The notes beneath the pieces are model-generated. The model made no database searches. It saw nothing but the letters and a program-made list of their open reading frames with translations, and was not told the DNA's origin. From the NCBI GenBank assembly GCA_021735645.1, contig JAIPGP010000007.1, positions 36-64,035 on the forward strand: a stretch of 64,000 nucleotides of DNA. Direction: 5' to 3'. Below, in pieces: positions 26,353 through 36,107 of this stretch (positions are counted from its first letter, which is position 1; every line of letters starts with the position of its first letter). Source of the stretch: Candidatus Cloacimonadota bacterium. GTDB taxonomy: Bacteria; Cloacimonadota; Cloacimonadia; Cloacimonadales; TCS61. The translations under genes and the position numbers were made by a program.

Positions 26353-27035
26353 TAAAAAGAATATTGAGACAGCAGGCAGAATTGACTTAAGCTTTTTTGA
26401 GGTTGGCGGGTAAGTCGCTTAAGTCAATCCAATGAGTACATTCAGAACACCTGACCTCAAAGATATTAAAATGACCCCAATTTTACAATAATCTTTAACT
26501 CAATTTTACCAAAGACTACTGCTAAAAAAATATTAAAATAATGGGTATGTATTTGCAAAAAAGGGGCGAAAATGTAATTTAATGAGTTAAAAGCATGCTA
26601 AACAATAAAATAAGACGTTACATTTGGGTCACATTTTATTTGAGAACTGTAATGTGTTATTTAAGAGTGAATAGTGAAGAAATAATTGTAGAAAGATGCT
26701 TTTTTTTAATAATATAAATAGTAGGGGTAATCTTCAAAAAACGCAAAAAGAGTAAGATTTAGTTGTAATTAATATTATTGCAGGGAGTTATGATCTTACT
26801 CTTTTCTATCTATAACAAGCTGGAAGTTTTTCTTTAAGCAGCACAAAGCATCTTTCGACATATCTTTGATGGATTGTTAAGCATTACCTCATAAACATCT
26901 GTGACTTTTAACTTGTTCTTTTAAGTTCTATCTGCGTTGTTCATCGCTTCAATATCAACGGATATTTAAGCTCTTCACATCTTGATATAATTCAACCCAC
27001 TTTATGCAGTAGGATTTCACAAAGTGGGTTTAAAG

Positions 27036-27055
27036 CCAGACCTGTGATGGTCTGG
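27036..27055. repeat. orphan copy of the CCAGACC-N6-GGTCTGG hairpin
   Basis: CCAGACC-tgtgat-GGTCTGG has the same 7-bp arms and loop length as the 23051 array, with a different loop sequence. A 10-bp-stem hairpin precedes it (AACCCACTTT...AAAGTGGGTT, 26994..27030). Confidence 0.7.
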
Positions 27056-27176
27056 AGCCAATGGGGAATAGGGCAGTTTGATAAAATATTTAGAAAAAAA
27101 CTTTACAAAAAAAAGTCTCTTGGCAAAGAGGCACTATGTCGTCCGGACAATAAAGACATAAAAGAAGGAGGTAATT

Positions 27177-27344
27177 ATGGCAGTAAAAATAAGTGATGAT
27201 TGCGTTGGATGCGGAGCATGCGTGGCAGTGTGCCCGGTTGAAGCATTATCGATCGAAGATGATGTAGCAGTATGTGATGGAGATACATGTGTAGATTGCG
27301 GAGCCTGCGTAGGCGAATGCCCTGTAGAGGCTATTAGTTTATAG
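27177..27344 (+). CDS. 2x[4Fe-4S] ferredoxin (55 aa)
   Basis: My own translation is MAVKISDDCVGCGACVAVCPVEALSIEDDVAVCDGDTCVDCGACVGECPVEAISL*. It has two CxxCxxCxxxCP motifs, an AAGGAGG SD at 27164-27170, and a terminator directly downstream. The listed 27134..27355 (-) ORF is its antisense shadow. Confidence 0.9.
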   Translation: MAVKISDDCVGCGACVAVCPVEALSIEDDVAVCDGDTCVDCGACVGECPVEAISL

Positions 27345-27367
27345 TCTTTTTCCAATGCGAAATGATG

Positions 27368-27397
27368 GAGCCGGCTTTGTGCCGGCTCTTTTTTTTT
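27368..27397. terminator. intrinsic terminator between the convergent ferredoxin and M42 peptidase genes
   Basis: GAGCCGGC-tttgt-GCCGGCTC is followed by a run of nine T. It lies 24 nt after the ferredoxin stop and immediately before the M42 gene stop at 27400. Confidence 0.8.
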
Positions 27398-27399
27398 AA

Positions 27400-28425
27400 C
27401 TATTTCAGATAGGCAGCCAGCAGTTTCAGGGTATTTTCCACAGCTTTAATATGAGAGCGTTCATAGCCGTGTGAAGCAGCTACTCCTGGACCTATCAGAG
27501 CATGTCTAAGGTCATATCCTGCCCTCAGGGATGCTTCCACGTCACTACCGTAATAGGGATAAATATCTACGGCAAAATCCAGTTTGTTTTCTTCTGCCAC
27601 TTCTATCAGCTTACTGGTGATATCATAGTCATAAGGACCGCCGGAGTCTTTGGCACAAATAGAAACAACCAGTTCATCTGTGGAAAGGTCATCACCAACA
27701 GCACCCATATCAACTGAAATCATTTCCTGCACGTCAGCAGGTAATCCGCTGCTGCCACCATGCCCGACTTCTTCGTAGGAAGTAAAGAGCAGAGAAAGCT
27801 TGCGTTTGAGCTTAAATTCTCCATCAATTATCATTTTTGCCAGAGCCAGCAGGATAGCTGCAGACAGTTTATCATCCAGATGACGGGATTTGATAAAGCC
27901 GGATTCTGTAACGCGGGTACGCGGATCAAAGGAGATAAAATCACCGGCAGAAATGCCCAGCTTTTGCGTTTCTTCGGCTGATTTCACAATTTCATCAATC
28001 ACAAGTTCCACTGTGCTGTCATTCCGTTTTTCAGTAGCAAGGTCTTTATTTACATGAGCAGCAGGCTCACAGAGATGCATTGTACCGGAAAATTCTTTTC
28101 CTTTACGGGTATGGATAGTCACATTTTCATTTTCGATATTCTGGAAAGGGAAGCCGCCAATAGTGGTGAGCCGGAGTCTGCCATTAGGTTTCACTGCTCT
28201 AACCATACCGCCCAGGGTGTCTATATGGGCAGCCAGCACCAGATGGTCGCCTTCCCCACCTAAAGTTACCAGCACGGAACCTTTATTGGTTTTATGAGGA
28301 ATATAGCCCAGATCAGTGATAGTACCCAGCAAGTATTCCGTAACTTTTGCCGTGAAGCCGGAAGGACTGGGAATAGAGCAAAGAGCTTTCATTTGCTCAA
28401 CAGCGTAATCGGTAAAAGAATTCAT
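27400..28425 (-). CDS. M42 family metallopeptidase (glutamyl aminopeptidase / FrvX-YsdC type)
   Basis: 341-aa ORF. Motifs LAAHIDTLGGMV, SRHLDDK, YEEVGHGG and ISVDMG, plus the length and layout, are typical of the M42 family. Confidence 0.8.
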   Translation of the reverse strand: MNSFTDYAVEQMKALCSIPSPSGFTAKVTEYLLGTITDLGYIPHKTNKGSVLVTLGGEGDHLVLAAHIDTLGGMVRAVKPNGRLRLTTIGGFPFQNIENENVTIHTRKGKEFSGTMHLCEPAAHVNKDLATEKRNDSTVELVIDEIVKSAEETQKLGISAGDFISFDPRTRVTESGFIKSRHLDDKLSAAILLALAKMIIDGEFKLKRKLSLLFTSYEEVGHGGSSGLPADVQEMISVDMGAVGDDLSTDELVVSICAKDSGGPYDYDITSKLIEVAEENKLDFAVDIYPYYGSDVEASLRAGYDLRHALIGPGVAASHGYERSHIKAVENTLKLLAAYLK

Positions 28426-28438
28426 GATTATTCTCCTT

Positions 28439-30616
28439 TTAATTTACTTCTATAATGCTATTAATTTTAAGAAGTGAGTTTTTTAGTCTTTTTAGCTGGT
28501 TTCTATCTTTGATTTCCAGCAGTAATTCCATTTCTTCATGGTCACCGGATAGTTGTGAAGAACTGGTGAGGGTAGTGATCTTAAATTTTGCCAGGAGGGA
28601 AGTGATCTCATAATTCAATTTTGGTCGCGGCAGGGCAATAATTGATAGTCTGGCAACCATAAAATCCTTTTCATTAGAGCCTTTCTGCCAGTGCAGGTGC
28701 ATGAGTCTTTCCGGCTCTCTTTGGCAGAGTTGAATAAAAGCAGGATTAGGGCAATCCTTTTTATGCACACTAAGTCCACGTCCCCGGGTGATATAGCCGA
28801 TTATATCGTCGCCGGGCAGGGGGTTGCAGCAACGGGCAAAATGAACCATGAGATTCTCCAGACCTTCTATCTCAATAAATGACTTTGAAGATTCACTGGA
28901 ATACTTCCGGTCGAGACCAGGTAAAGTGGTGCTTTGCGGAGGTTCTTTGTCCGGTGATAGAATATCCAGCACCTTTTCCATCATCAGATTACCCTGTCCC
29001 AGATCGGCGAATAAGTTTTTCTGCCCGGAATATTTCAGCTTAACGGCTAATTCATTTACCGCCTGCTCATTCAGCTTGAAATCATTTTTTTTGATTTCTT
29101 TCTCAAAGATGCTTTTTCCCAGAGAAATAGCATCTTCCGTTTCCTGTTTACGAAACCAGGAGCGAACCCGTTGTCTGGCTCGAGGAGAACTGAGAATTTC
29201 TATCCAGTCGCGGCTGGGTTTCACATTTCTGGCAGTTTTTATTTCCACCAGATCACCATCATTCAATTGCTGGCGCAGGGAAGCATGCTTGCCATTTACT
29301 CTGGCAGACAGGCAGTGCAGTCCAATATCTGTGTGAACAGCGAAAGCAAAATCAAGTGGAGTAGAGCCTATAGGCAATTCCACATATTCATCAGCAGGTG
29401 TTTTCACGATTATCTTATCACGAAAGAATTTTTCTTTCAGGACATTAATAAATTCTTCGGGCTGCTCCTGCTGGTAAAGGTTCAATAAATCCCTCAGCCA
29501 GTTAACCTGTTCCTCATATTCTTTATCCGGTTTAATCACAGAGAGTTTTTCCGGGTTTTGCGAATCAATAAATCCTTTATATTTCCAGTGAGCTGCGGAA
29601 CCTTCTTCTGCCTCAAAGTGCATCTTTTCAGTCCTGATCTGAACTTCAATTTTACTACCCTCAGCGGCGACAATTACCTGATGCAGGGAGCTGTAGCCAT
29701 TTGGTTTTGGCTGTGTAATATAATCTTTATAGGTGTTTGCCAAAGGTTGATAATGAGTATTGATCAGTCCTAAAACGGAAAAGCAGTCTTCAACACTACT
29801 GGTGATAATCCTGATGGCATAATAATCATTAATCTCGTTATAATTGATATTAAGCTGCACTTTTTTACGGAAAATCGACCAGAAATGTTTACTGCGTCCA
29901 AATATCCGGGCAGAAAGATTTTCGTCTGCCAATAATGTCTGAACCTCCTGTACAAAGGCTTCAATATATGCATCACGGATAGATTTTTTTTCATTAATCA
30001 TGGCTTGAAGTTCATGATATATATCAGGATAGAGATATTTCAGGCAAAGGTCTTCCAGTTCACGCTTAATATTCTGCAAACCAAAGCGGATCGCCAGGGG
30101 AATATATATTTCCAGAGTTTCCTGAGCAATCTCTATCTGCTTGTGTTCATTCAGATGCTGCAGAGTCCGCATATTATGCAGCCGGTCAGCAATTTTGATA
30201 AACACAACGCGCACATCATTTGTGATAGCAAGCAGCAGTTTACGGTAGTTTTCCGCTTTCTGGAAAGATTTCCCTGTTGAATAGGGCAGATAGCCAATTT
30301 TAGTGACTGCATCCACCAGATAGCTGATTTCACTGCCAAACTCATTAGTGATGTCAGCAGCAGTTATATCCGTATCTTCGACAACATCATGCAAAATACC
30401 AGTACAAACAGCCGAGGCGTCCAATCCCAGACCGGCAATGATCACAGCTACAGTGAGAGGATGAATGATATAATTTTCTCCAGATTCGCGTTTCTGGTTT
30501 TGGTGTGCCTTACCTGCCAGCAGAACAGCTTTCCTGATAGCCGTCAGATCAAGCTGAGGATTAACTGCCGCTAAAACATTATAAAAATTCTCACTGTTTA
30601 TTTTCTGGTATTCCAT
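28439..30616 (-). CDS. rel: bifunctional (p)ppGpp synthetase/hydrolase (RelA/SpoT homolog)
   Basis: 725-aa ORF. It has the HD hydrolase motif HPLTVAVI...ILHDVVEDT, the synthetase region with GYSSLHQVIV, a TGS-like segment (VKTPADEYVELPIGSTPLDFAFAVHTDIG) and a C-terminal ACT-like region. Confidence 0.92.
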   Translation of the reverse strand: MEYQKINSENFYNVLAAVNPQLDLTAIRKAVLLAGKAHQNQKRESGENYIIHPLTVAVIIAGLGLDASAVCTGILHDVVEDTDITAADITNEFGSEISYLVDAVTKIGYLPYSTGKSFQKAENYRKLLLAITNDVRVVFIKIADRLHNMRTLQHLNEHKQIEIAQETLEIYIPLAIRFGLQNIKRELEDLCLKYLYPDIYHELQAMINEKKSIRDAYIEAFVQEVQTLLADENLSARIFGRSKHFWSIFRKKVQLNINYNEINDYYAIRIITSSVEDCFSVLGLINTHYQPLANTYKDYITQPKPNGYSSLHQVIVAAEGSKIEVQIRTEKMHFEAEEGSAAHWKYKGFIDSQNPEKLSVIKPDKEYEEQVNWLRDLLNLYQQEQPEEFINVLKEKFFRDKIIVKTPADEYVELPIGSTPLDFAFAVHTDIGLHCLSARVNGKHASLRQQLNDGDLVEIKTARNVKPSRDWIEILSSPRARQRVRSWFRKQETEDAISLGKSIFEKEIKKNDFKLNEQAVNELAVKLKYSGQKNLFADLGQGNLMMEKVLDILSPDKEPPQSTTLPGLDRKYSSESSKSFIEIEGLENLMVHFARCCNPLPGDDIIGYITRGRGLSVHKKDCPNPAFIQLCQREPERLMHLHWQKGSNEKDFMVARLSIIALPRPKLNYEITSLLAKFKITTLTSSSQLSGDHEEMELLLEIKDRNQLKRLKNSLLKINSIIEVN

Positions 30617-30732
30617 TATAACCTCAACGTCCAGCCATAATATTCAAATTTCTCAGTCAAGTAATATAAAAAAATATAATTTTTCTTGCCTGCTGGCGTG
30701 TAATTTGAAATATATCGAAACGACAGATTTAA

Positions 30733-31845
30733 ATGCTGATAATCAGAAAAGACAAGGAGGCAATGGTGAGTGTATTTAGGAAAAAGCCAGTGCAAAAGCG
30801 AAGTATATGGCAGAAGTTATGGAAAAAGCAGATACCGGAAAACCTGATCATTGAAATTAATAACCTGCTGGCAGAGAAATCGATAATGGAAGCCTCTCAA
30901 TTAGATATAAAAGCAATCTGCCAGCGTTATGATGCCGTTACGCTGGCAAAAACTCAACGCCGGCTACTGGGCTATTATCATCTCTATCTTCAGGAATGCC
31001 TGGACGATAAAAAACTCACTGACCAGGAAATTGCTGAGCTTGCCAGACTGAAACTGCTTTTGGGTCTATCAGACCGGATGATCAAAGAAATCCATTCTGC
31101 AGTAGTGACCAGGCTATTCAGTAAGGAAGTAGGTCGCAGTCTCAGTGATGGCACATTAGATGAGGATGAGCAGAATTTTTTGGATAAACTGAGTGAGAAT
31201 CTGCTGCTTTCCAAAGAGAGAACAGATGAGATACTTGCCAGCCAGGCGAATAAGAAAATTGGTGAAAAGCTGGAAGAGATCATGGAAGATGGCAGAATTA
31301 CCCCGGAAGAAGAGGACGAATTTAAAGTATTAATCCAAAATCTGGGTTTACAGCCGGAAATGACTGCTCAGACTCAGGAAGCCTATGAAAGATACAAAAT
31401 CTACTGGCAGTTAGAAAATGAGCCTTTACCCCAGATAACAATTGATATTCAACTGCGTAACAAAGAGACTGCCTGCTTTACTGCACCGGCAAAATGGTTT
31501 GAATCTTCTAAAAAGACCCGGGATAAAAACTTTAATATGCTCTCTGGTCAAATCAAGCTTCCGGGCAAGGAATCCTGGGAAACCGGCTATCTGGGAGAAG
31601 TAGAAGATACCGACGAAAACTGGGTTTTGGTAGATACCGGAAAAATGATACTGACAAATCTGCACCTTATCTTTATCGGAAAAGATGGACGTAAGTCTAT
31701 GGAAATTAAAGATATAACAAATTTTGTGCCCTATTCTAATGGAATGAGGATAGAGCGTGAAAAAGCGATTTCTGTTATTCTGGAAATGCCTAAACGGTCA
31801 GACTTCCTGGCTGTGATCCTAAACCGAGTGATCAGCGAATTATAA
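30733..31845 (+). CDS. hypothetical protein (E/K-rich helical N-half, small beta-rich C-terminal domain)
   Basis: 370-aa ORF. AAGGAGG at 30754-30760 suggests the real start may be ATG 30763 or GTG 30766. I did not confidently recognise any domain. Confidence 0.5.
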   Translation: MLIIRKDKEAMVSVFRKKPVQKRSIWQKLWKKQIPENLIIEINNLLAEKSIMEASQLDIKAICQRYDAVTLAKTQRRLLGYYHLYLQECLDDKKLTDQEIAELARLKLLLGLSDRMIKEIHSAVVTRLFSKEVGRSLSDGTLDEDEQNFLDKLSENLLLSKERTDEILASQANKKIGEKLEEIMEDGRITPEEEDEFKVLIQNLGLQPEMTAQTQEAYERYKIYWQLENEPLPQITIDIQLRNKETACFTAPAKWFESSKKTRDKNFNMLSGQIKLPGKESWETGYLGEVEDTDENWVLVDTGKMILTNLHLIFIGKDGRKSMEIKDITNFVPYSNGMRIEREKAISVILEMPKRSDFLAVILNRVISEL

Positions 31846-31860
31846 ATAAATGGAGACCGT

Positions 31861-33519
31861 GTGAAGAATAATATAAACCCGACCGAAACTTCCTCCTGGC
31901 AGAAACTGCATTTGCATTTTCAGTCGATGAAAGATTTCGATATGCGAAGCGAATTTAACCGTGATCAAGACAGGTTCCAGAAATTCTCTTTAAGCTGGAA
32001 TGATCTGCTGCTGGATTTTTCCAAGAATCTGATAACATCAGAAACCATGAGCCTTCTTGTTAACCTGGCAAATGAATGCCAGCTAAAAGATGCTATTGAA
32101 GAAATGTTTACAGGTGAACGCATAAATGTAACCGAGAACAGGGCAGTGCTGCATACAGCTTTGCGAAACCAGGATACAGAACCGGTGTATGTGGATGGAA
32201 AAGATGTGATGCCACAAATTAACAGTGAATTAGCCAAAATGAAAATATTCGCTGATAAAATCTACTCCGTAACCTGGCTGGGCTGTAGTGGAAAACCAGT
32301 TACAGACCTGGTAAATATCGGGATTGGCGGTAGTGATCTTGGTCCCAAAATGGTCTGCGAAGCACTAAGGTTCTTTGGAAATCCTCAGTTAGAAGTGCAC
32401 TTTATCTCCAATATTGACGGCACACACATAACAGAAACGCTTAAAAAACTGAATCCGGAAACCACACTTTTTATGATAGCTTCCAAAACGTTCACAACTC
32501 AGGAAACCATGACAAATGCTCAGACTGCCCGAAGCTGGTTCCTGCAGAATGAGCGTACTGAAGCTGATATTGCCCGTCATTTTGTGGCTATTTCCACGAA
32601 TAAACGAGCTGTGCATGACTTTGGCATAGACCCTGCCAACATGTTTGAATTCTGGGATTGGGTTGGCGGCAGATACTCGCTCTGGTCAGCTATTGGCTTA
32701 CCTGTAATGTGCTATACCGGTTATGATAATTTCAGCGAATTACTAAGGGGCGGCTGGCAGATGGATAAGCATTTTCGTCAGACAGAATTTGCAGCTAATA
32801 TCCCCGTGATCTTAGCCCTGATCAGCATCTGGTATAACAATTTTTATGGAGCGGAAACTGAAGCAGTGCTGCCCTATGAACAATATCTGCATCGTTTTCC
32901 AGCTTATCTTCAGCAGAGCAATATGGAAAGTAACGGCAAGGAATGTGACCGCAATGGCAATAGCATCAGCTATAAAACCGGACCAATTATCTGGGGCGAA
33001 CCCGGCACTAACGGGCAGCATGCCTTTTATCAATTGATCCATCAGGGTACCAGATTGATACCCTGCGATTTCCTGGCTGGAGCGGAATCAAACAATCCTA
33101 TTGGTGATCATCACCTCAAGCTGCTGGCTAATTTCTTTGCCCAGACAGAAGCCCTACTGATGGGAAAATCACCTGCTGAAGTGAAAACTGAGCTGCTGGC
33201 TCAAGGCAAAACAACAGCAGAAATCAAAGCTCTCCTGCCCTTTAAGGTCTTCAAAGGCAATAAACCCACTAATTCCATAATATATAAAAAATTAACTCCC
33301 AGAGTCCTGGGCAATCTCATTGCCATGTATGAACATAAGATATTTGTGCAGGGCATTATCTGGAATATCTACAGCTTTGACCAGTGGGGCGTGGAACTGG
33401 GCAAACAACTCGCCGGCAGGATCTTACCAGAACTGCGGACTGACGAAAACGTCACTAATCACGACAGCTCCACAAATAGCCTGATAAATGCCTGCCGAGC
33501 GATGAGAAAAGAGGAATAA
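31861..33519 (+). CDS. pgi: glucose-6-phosphate isomerase
   Basis: 552-aa ORF with a GTG start. It has the signature motifs [10 protein letters not shown] and SKTFTTQET, and the C-terminal region with [17 protein letters not shown]. Confidence 0.95.
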   Translation: MKNNINPTETSSWQKLHLHFQSMKDFDMRSEFNRDQDRFQKFSLSWNDLLLDFSKNLITSETMSLLVNLANECQLKDAIEEMFTGERINVTENRAVLHTALRNQDTEPVYVDGKDVMPQINSELAKMKIFADKIYSVTWLGCSGKPVTDLVNIGIGGSDLGPKMVCEALRFFGNPQLEVHFISNIDGTHITETLKKLNPETTLFMIASKTFTTQETMTNAQTARSWFLQNERTEADIARHFVAISTNKRAVHDFGIDPANMFEFWDWVGGRYSLWSAIGLPVMCYTGYDNFSELLRGGWQMDKHFRQTEFAANIPVILALISIWYNNFYGAETEAVLPYEQYLHRFPAYLQQSNMESNGKECDRNGNSISYKTGPIIWGEPGTNGQHAFYQLIHQGTRLIPCDFLAGAESNNPIGDHHLKLLANFFAQTEALLMGKSPAEVKTELLAQGKTTAEIKALLPFKVFKGNKPTNSIIYKKLTPRVLGNLIAMYEHKIFVQGIIWNIYSFDQWGVELGKQLAGRILPELRTDENVTNHDSSTNSLINACRAMRKEE

Positions 33520-33530
33520 ATTATTAGAAG

Positions 33531-35861
33531 ATGATTATCCGGGCAGCTCCCTGCACTTTGTTACTGCCGGTTCTGGGTTGGGTTGCGGGTCTGATTGCCG
33601 GACAATACTTTCATATTCCAGTTTCCGGACTTATCATTCTGATCTGCCTGAATATTATTATTCTATATCTCTTAAAATACAATTCCAGACTGCTGCTGCT
33701 GCTCATCTTCCTGCTTGCTGTCCTGCGTCTGCAGATTGCAGAGACAAAGCCTTCCAATCATCTTGATAAGATCATGGCACCCTATTCTCAGGTAGAAACA
33801 TCACTTACCGGCACAATTTCCCGGCTTGTTTCTACTAATTATTCATCCTATTTATACCTGCTGAAAGTGAAAACCATTGATAATTCACCTGTGCATGGCT
33901 CTATCTACCTGCAAACTGACAGCAGATTTATGCCCGGGGACTGGATAAAAGGTGATGTGAAGATAGAAAAGATAGAAGGACCACGCAATCCGGGACAGCC
34001 AGATAAAAGAAACTCATATAAATATCGACGTATCAGTGGCAGGGGAACAGTCAACGGGGAAATGCAATTGCTGACAGAACATAAGCCCGGGATCTTCCCT
34101 AAACTGGCAAATGCTATAGAAAGAAGACTGCAAAAACGCTTAGGCACAGCAGCAGAATATGCCCTTGCTGTCACCCTGGGAAAAACAGGTGAAACAGACT
34201 GGCAATTCCGGAAATCAGTCCGCAGAGCAGGACTCAGTCATTTATTTGCAGTAAGCGGCTTACATATCGGCATGGCAGCTTTGCTGTTTATCGGTCTTCT
34301 CACACTCATCTTTCCGCGCCGTCCAGCCCGTATCATTCTTATTTTTCTACTGATAATCTACGGCTTTTTATGTCAGTGGACGCCCTCTGTTTCCCGCGCT
34401 ATTCTCATGCTTGCGTTTTACATCATCTGCCAGCTTCTGGAAAGGCCAGTGAACCTGAACCAGATCCTCCTCTTCAGCCTGCTGGTGATTACTCTGACAG
34501 ACCCGTTTCAGATATTTTCTGCCGGCTTGCAGCTCAGCTTTGCAGCTACGCTCGTACTCGTGAACCTTTCCCCTATCCTGGAGCAAAAATTATTCCGCAA
34601 TCACCTCAATCGGTTCAAGACACTCATTCGCAGATTAGGGCAAACCCTCCTGCTCACTATTTCCGTTATCCTGTTCATAGCTCCGCTAAGTCTGGCAAAT
34701 TTCGGGGAATTCTCCGGTAATGCCATCTTTACGCTTATCCCGGCATCAATAATCTTTGCTCTACTCCTGCCGCTTTCCTTTATTCTGATCATTCTACCCT
34801 GGGGCTGGCAGCCTTTTGCCCAGAGCTTCAAATTTTTCCTCTTCCTCTTCGATAAATGGCTGGAGCTGACCGCCAGTCTCCCTCTGTATCTGCAAAACAT
34901 AAATTTGAAATTCTGGCAGGTTTTCTGCCTTTACTTACTACTGCTGCTCATTATCCTGTTCCTCAAACGCCGCTCAAAAGTGCAGGCAGTTCTCTGCCTC
35001 CTCCTCATTCCTGCGGTATTTATCTTGCCCAAATTCCACACCGAAAATAGCAGTTCCCTCAAAATAAGCTGCCTGGATTGCGGGCAGGGAGACCTCTGCC
35101 TGATGGAACTTCCCAGTGGCGAGAAACTGCTGATAGACACAGGACCTCCCGTTGATCAGGGTGGCAATGCCTCATTGAGTCTTCTACCCTGGCTGGCTGA
35201 GCGGGCGATCGGCGAGCTTGATCAGGTGATCATAACGCATGCCCATGATGATCATTATGGCGGGTTGCTGGCGATATTTGACGCCTTGAACGTGAAATCT
35301 GTTGTCACAGGCAAAGACTTCTGGCAGGACATTGATGATATTGAGATATATTCTGCTTTTCAAAATGAAAAATCACGCTATATTACTATCAGAGATACTA
35401 TGAGTATTTACTACGGCGAAACCAGGCTGCAGTTCCTGCATCCCGATTCCTTATTTGGCACAACGAAGCAAAATAATAAGTCACTGGTAGTCAAACTTAC
35501 CTATCATGATTTCACTGCCTTATTCACAGGTGACATCGAAACTGAAGCAGAAGACTGGCTGCTCTGCCACTATCGGCAGTATCTGGACTGTGATTTTTTG
35601 AAAGTTCCGCATCATGGCAGCATTTCTTCCAGCGGCTCAGAATTTATTGATGCTGTAAGTCCTGTCCTTTGTTTTATCCCTGCCGGAAAAGGCAACCGTT
35701 TCCAATTTCCTCATCAAACAGTAGTAAACCGCTACAAATTCCTGGGGGATAAACTGCTAATTGCTGCTAATGATGGTGCTATGCTATTGCAAACTGACGG
35801 CTTCCAGATCCGCTGCCAGATCATGCTCCGAGACTCTACTATCCACCTCAATTGTCAATAA
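33531..35861 (+). CDS. comEC: DNA internalization-related competence protein ComEC/Rec2
   Basis: 776-aa polytopic membrane ORF. It has the competence-domain motif GLSHLFAVSGLHIG and a C-terminal metallo-beta-lactamase domain (ITHAHDDHYGG ... KVPHHGS). Confidence 0.9.
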   Translation: MIIRAAPCTLLLPVLGWVAGLIAGQYFHIPVSGLIILICLNIIILYLLKYNSRLLLLLIFLLAVLRLQIAETKPSNHLDKIMAPYSQVETSLTGTISRLVSTNYSSYLYLLKVKTIDNSPVHGSIYLQTDSRFMPGDWIKGDVKIEKIEGPRNPGQPDKRNSYKYRRISGRGTVNGEMQLLTEHKPGIFPKLANAIERRLQKRLGTAAEYALAVTLGKTGETDWQFRKSVRRAGLSHLFAVSGLHIGMAALLFIGLLTLIFPRRPARIILIFLLIIYGFLCQWTPSVSRAILMLAFYIICQLLERPVNLNQILLFSLLVITLTDPFQIFSAGLQLSFAATLVLVNLSPILEQKLFRNHLNRFKTLIRRLGQTLLLTISVILFIAPLSLANFGEFSGNAIFTLIPASIIFALLLPLSFILIILPWGWQPFAQSFKFFLFLFDKWLELTASLPLYLQNINLKFWQVFCLYLLLLLIILFLKRRSKVQAVLCLLLIPAVFILPKFHTENSSSLKISCLDCGQGDLCLMELPSGEKLLIDTGPPVDQGGNASLSLLPWLAERAIGELDQVIITHAHDDHYGGLLAIFDALNVKSVVTGKDFWQDIDDIEIYSAFQNEKSRYITIRDTMSIYYGETRLQFLHPDSLFGTTKQNNKSLVVKLTYHDFTALFTGDIETEAEDWLLCHYRQYLDCDFLKVPHHGSISSSGSEFIDAVSPVLCFIPAGKGNRFQFPHQTVVNRYKFLGDKLLIAANDGAMLLQTDGFQIRCQIMLRDSTIHLNCQ

Positions 35862-35867
35862 CCCGGC

Positions 35868-35939
35868 AATAACCCAGAACAACAAAGCACATACCCACAT
35901 TTTATTGTGAGATTGTGCTTTGTTGTTCTGGGTTATTGG
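35868..35939. repeat. perfect 25-bp inverted repeat (long hairpin, 22-nt loop) immediately after comEC
   Basis: CAATAACCCAGAACAACAAAGCACA (35868-35892) is the exact reverse complement of TGTGCTTTGTTGTTCTGGGTTATTG (35915-39). No U-tract follows. The 9-mer CAATAACCC also occurs at 35857 and spans the comEC stop. Confidence 0.85.
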
Positions 35940-35973
35940 TGGTATGGGAGCTAAGTAATTGGGGATTATGGGA

Positions 35974-36007
35974 CTTATAGGTCTTATAGGTCTTATAGGA
36001 CTTATAT
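35974..36007. repeat. 9-bp microsatellite CTTATAGG[T/A] x ~3.7
   Basis: The sequence is cttataggt cttataggt cttatagga cttatat, preceded by a degenerate copy (gattatggga). It is intergenic, between comEC and the end of the giant-protein operon. Confidence 0.85.
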
Positions 36008-36050
36008 TTGCTGGTAGCGAGAAAATGGATTGTTACAGGGAACCCTTTTC

Positions 36051-36084
36051 ATAAAAAAGAAAAGCCGGAACTATAGTTCCGGCT
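36051..36084 (-). terminator. intrinsic terminator of the giant-protein/OmpA operon
   Basis: On the minus strand, AGCCGGAA-cuauag-UUCCGGCU is followed by UUUCUUUUUUAU. It lies 24 nt after the stop of 36108..38402. Confidence 0.85.
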
Positions 36085-36107
36085 CTTCAATCTCTCTCAC
36101 TCAAGCA

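Noticed and set aside
27134-27355. 73-aa minus-strand ORF from the track
   Set aside because: It is the antisense shadow of the plus-strand ferredoxin gene (27177..27344), which has canonical Cys motifs, an SD and a terminator. The minus-strand product is low-complexity (S/T/H/A-rich).
28848-29488. Plus-strand ORFs inside rel (28848..29336, 29171..29488), and similar nested ORFs inside comEC (33578..35140), the M14 gene (15239..15781), the 1001-aa gene (18741..19193) and the giant genes (e.g. 38708..39193, 50188..50553, 60954..61316)
   Set aside because: They are shadow ORFs antisense to, or out of frame with, confidently identified genes. None has an independent signal.
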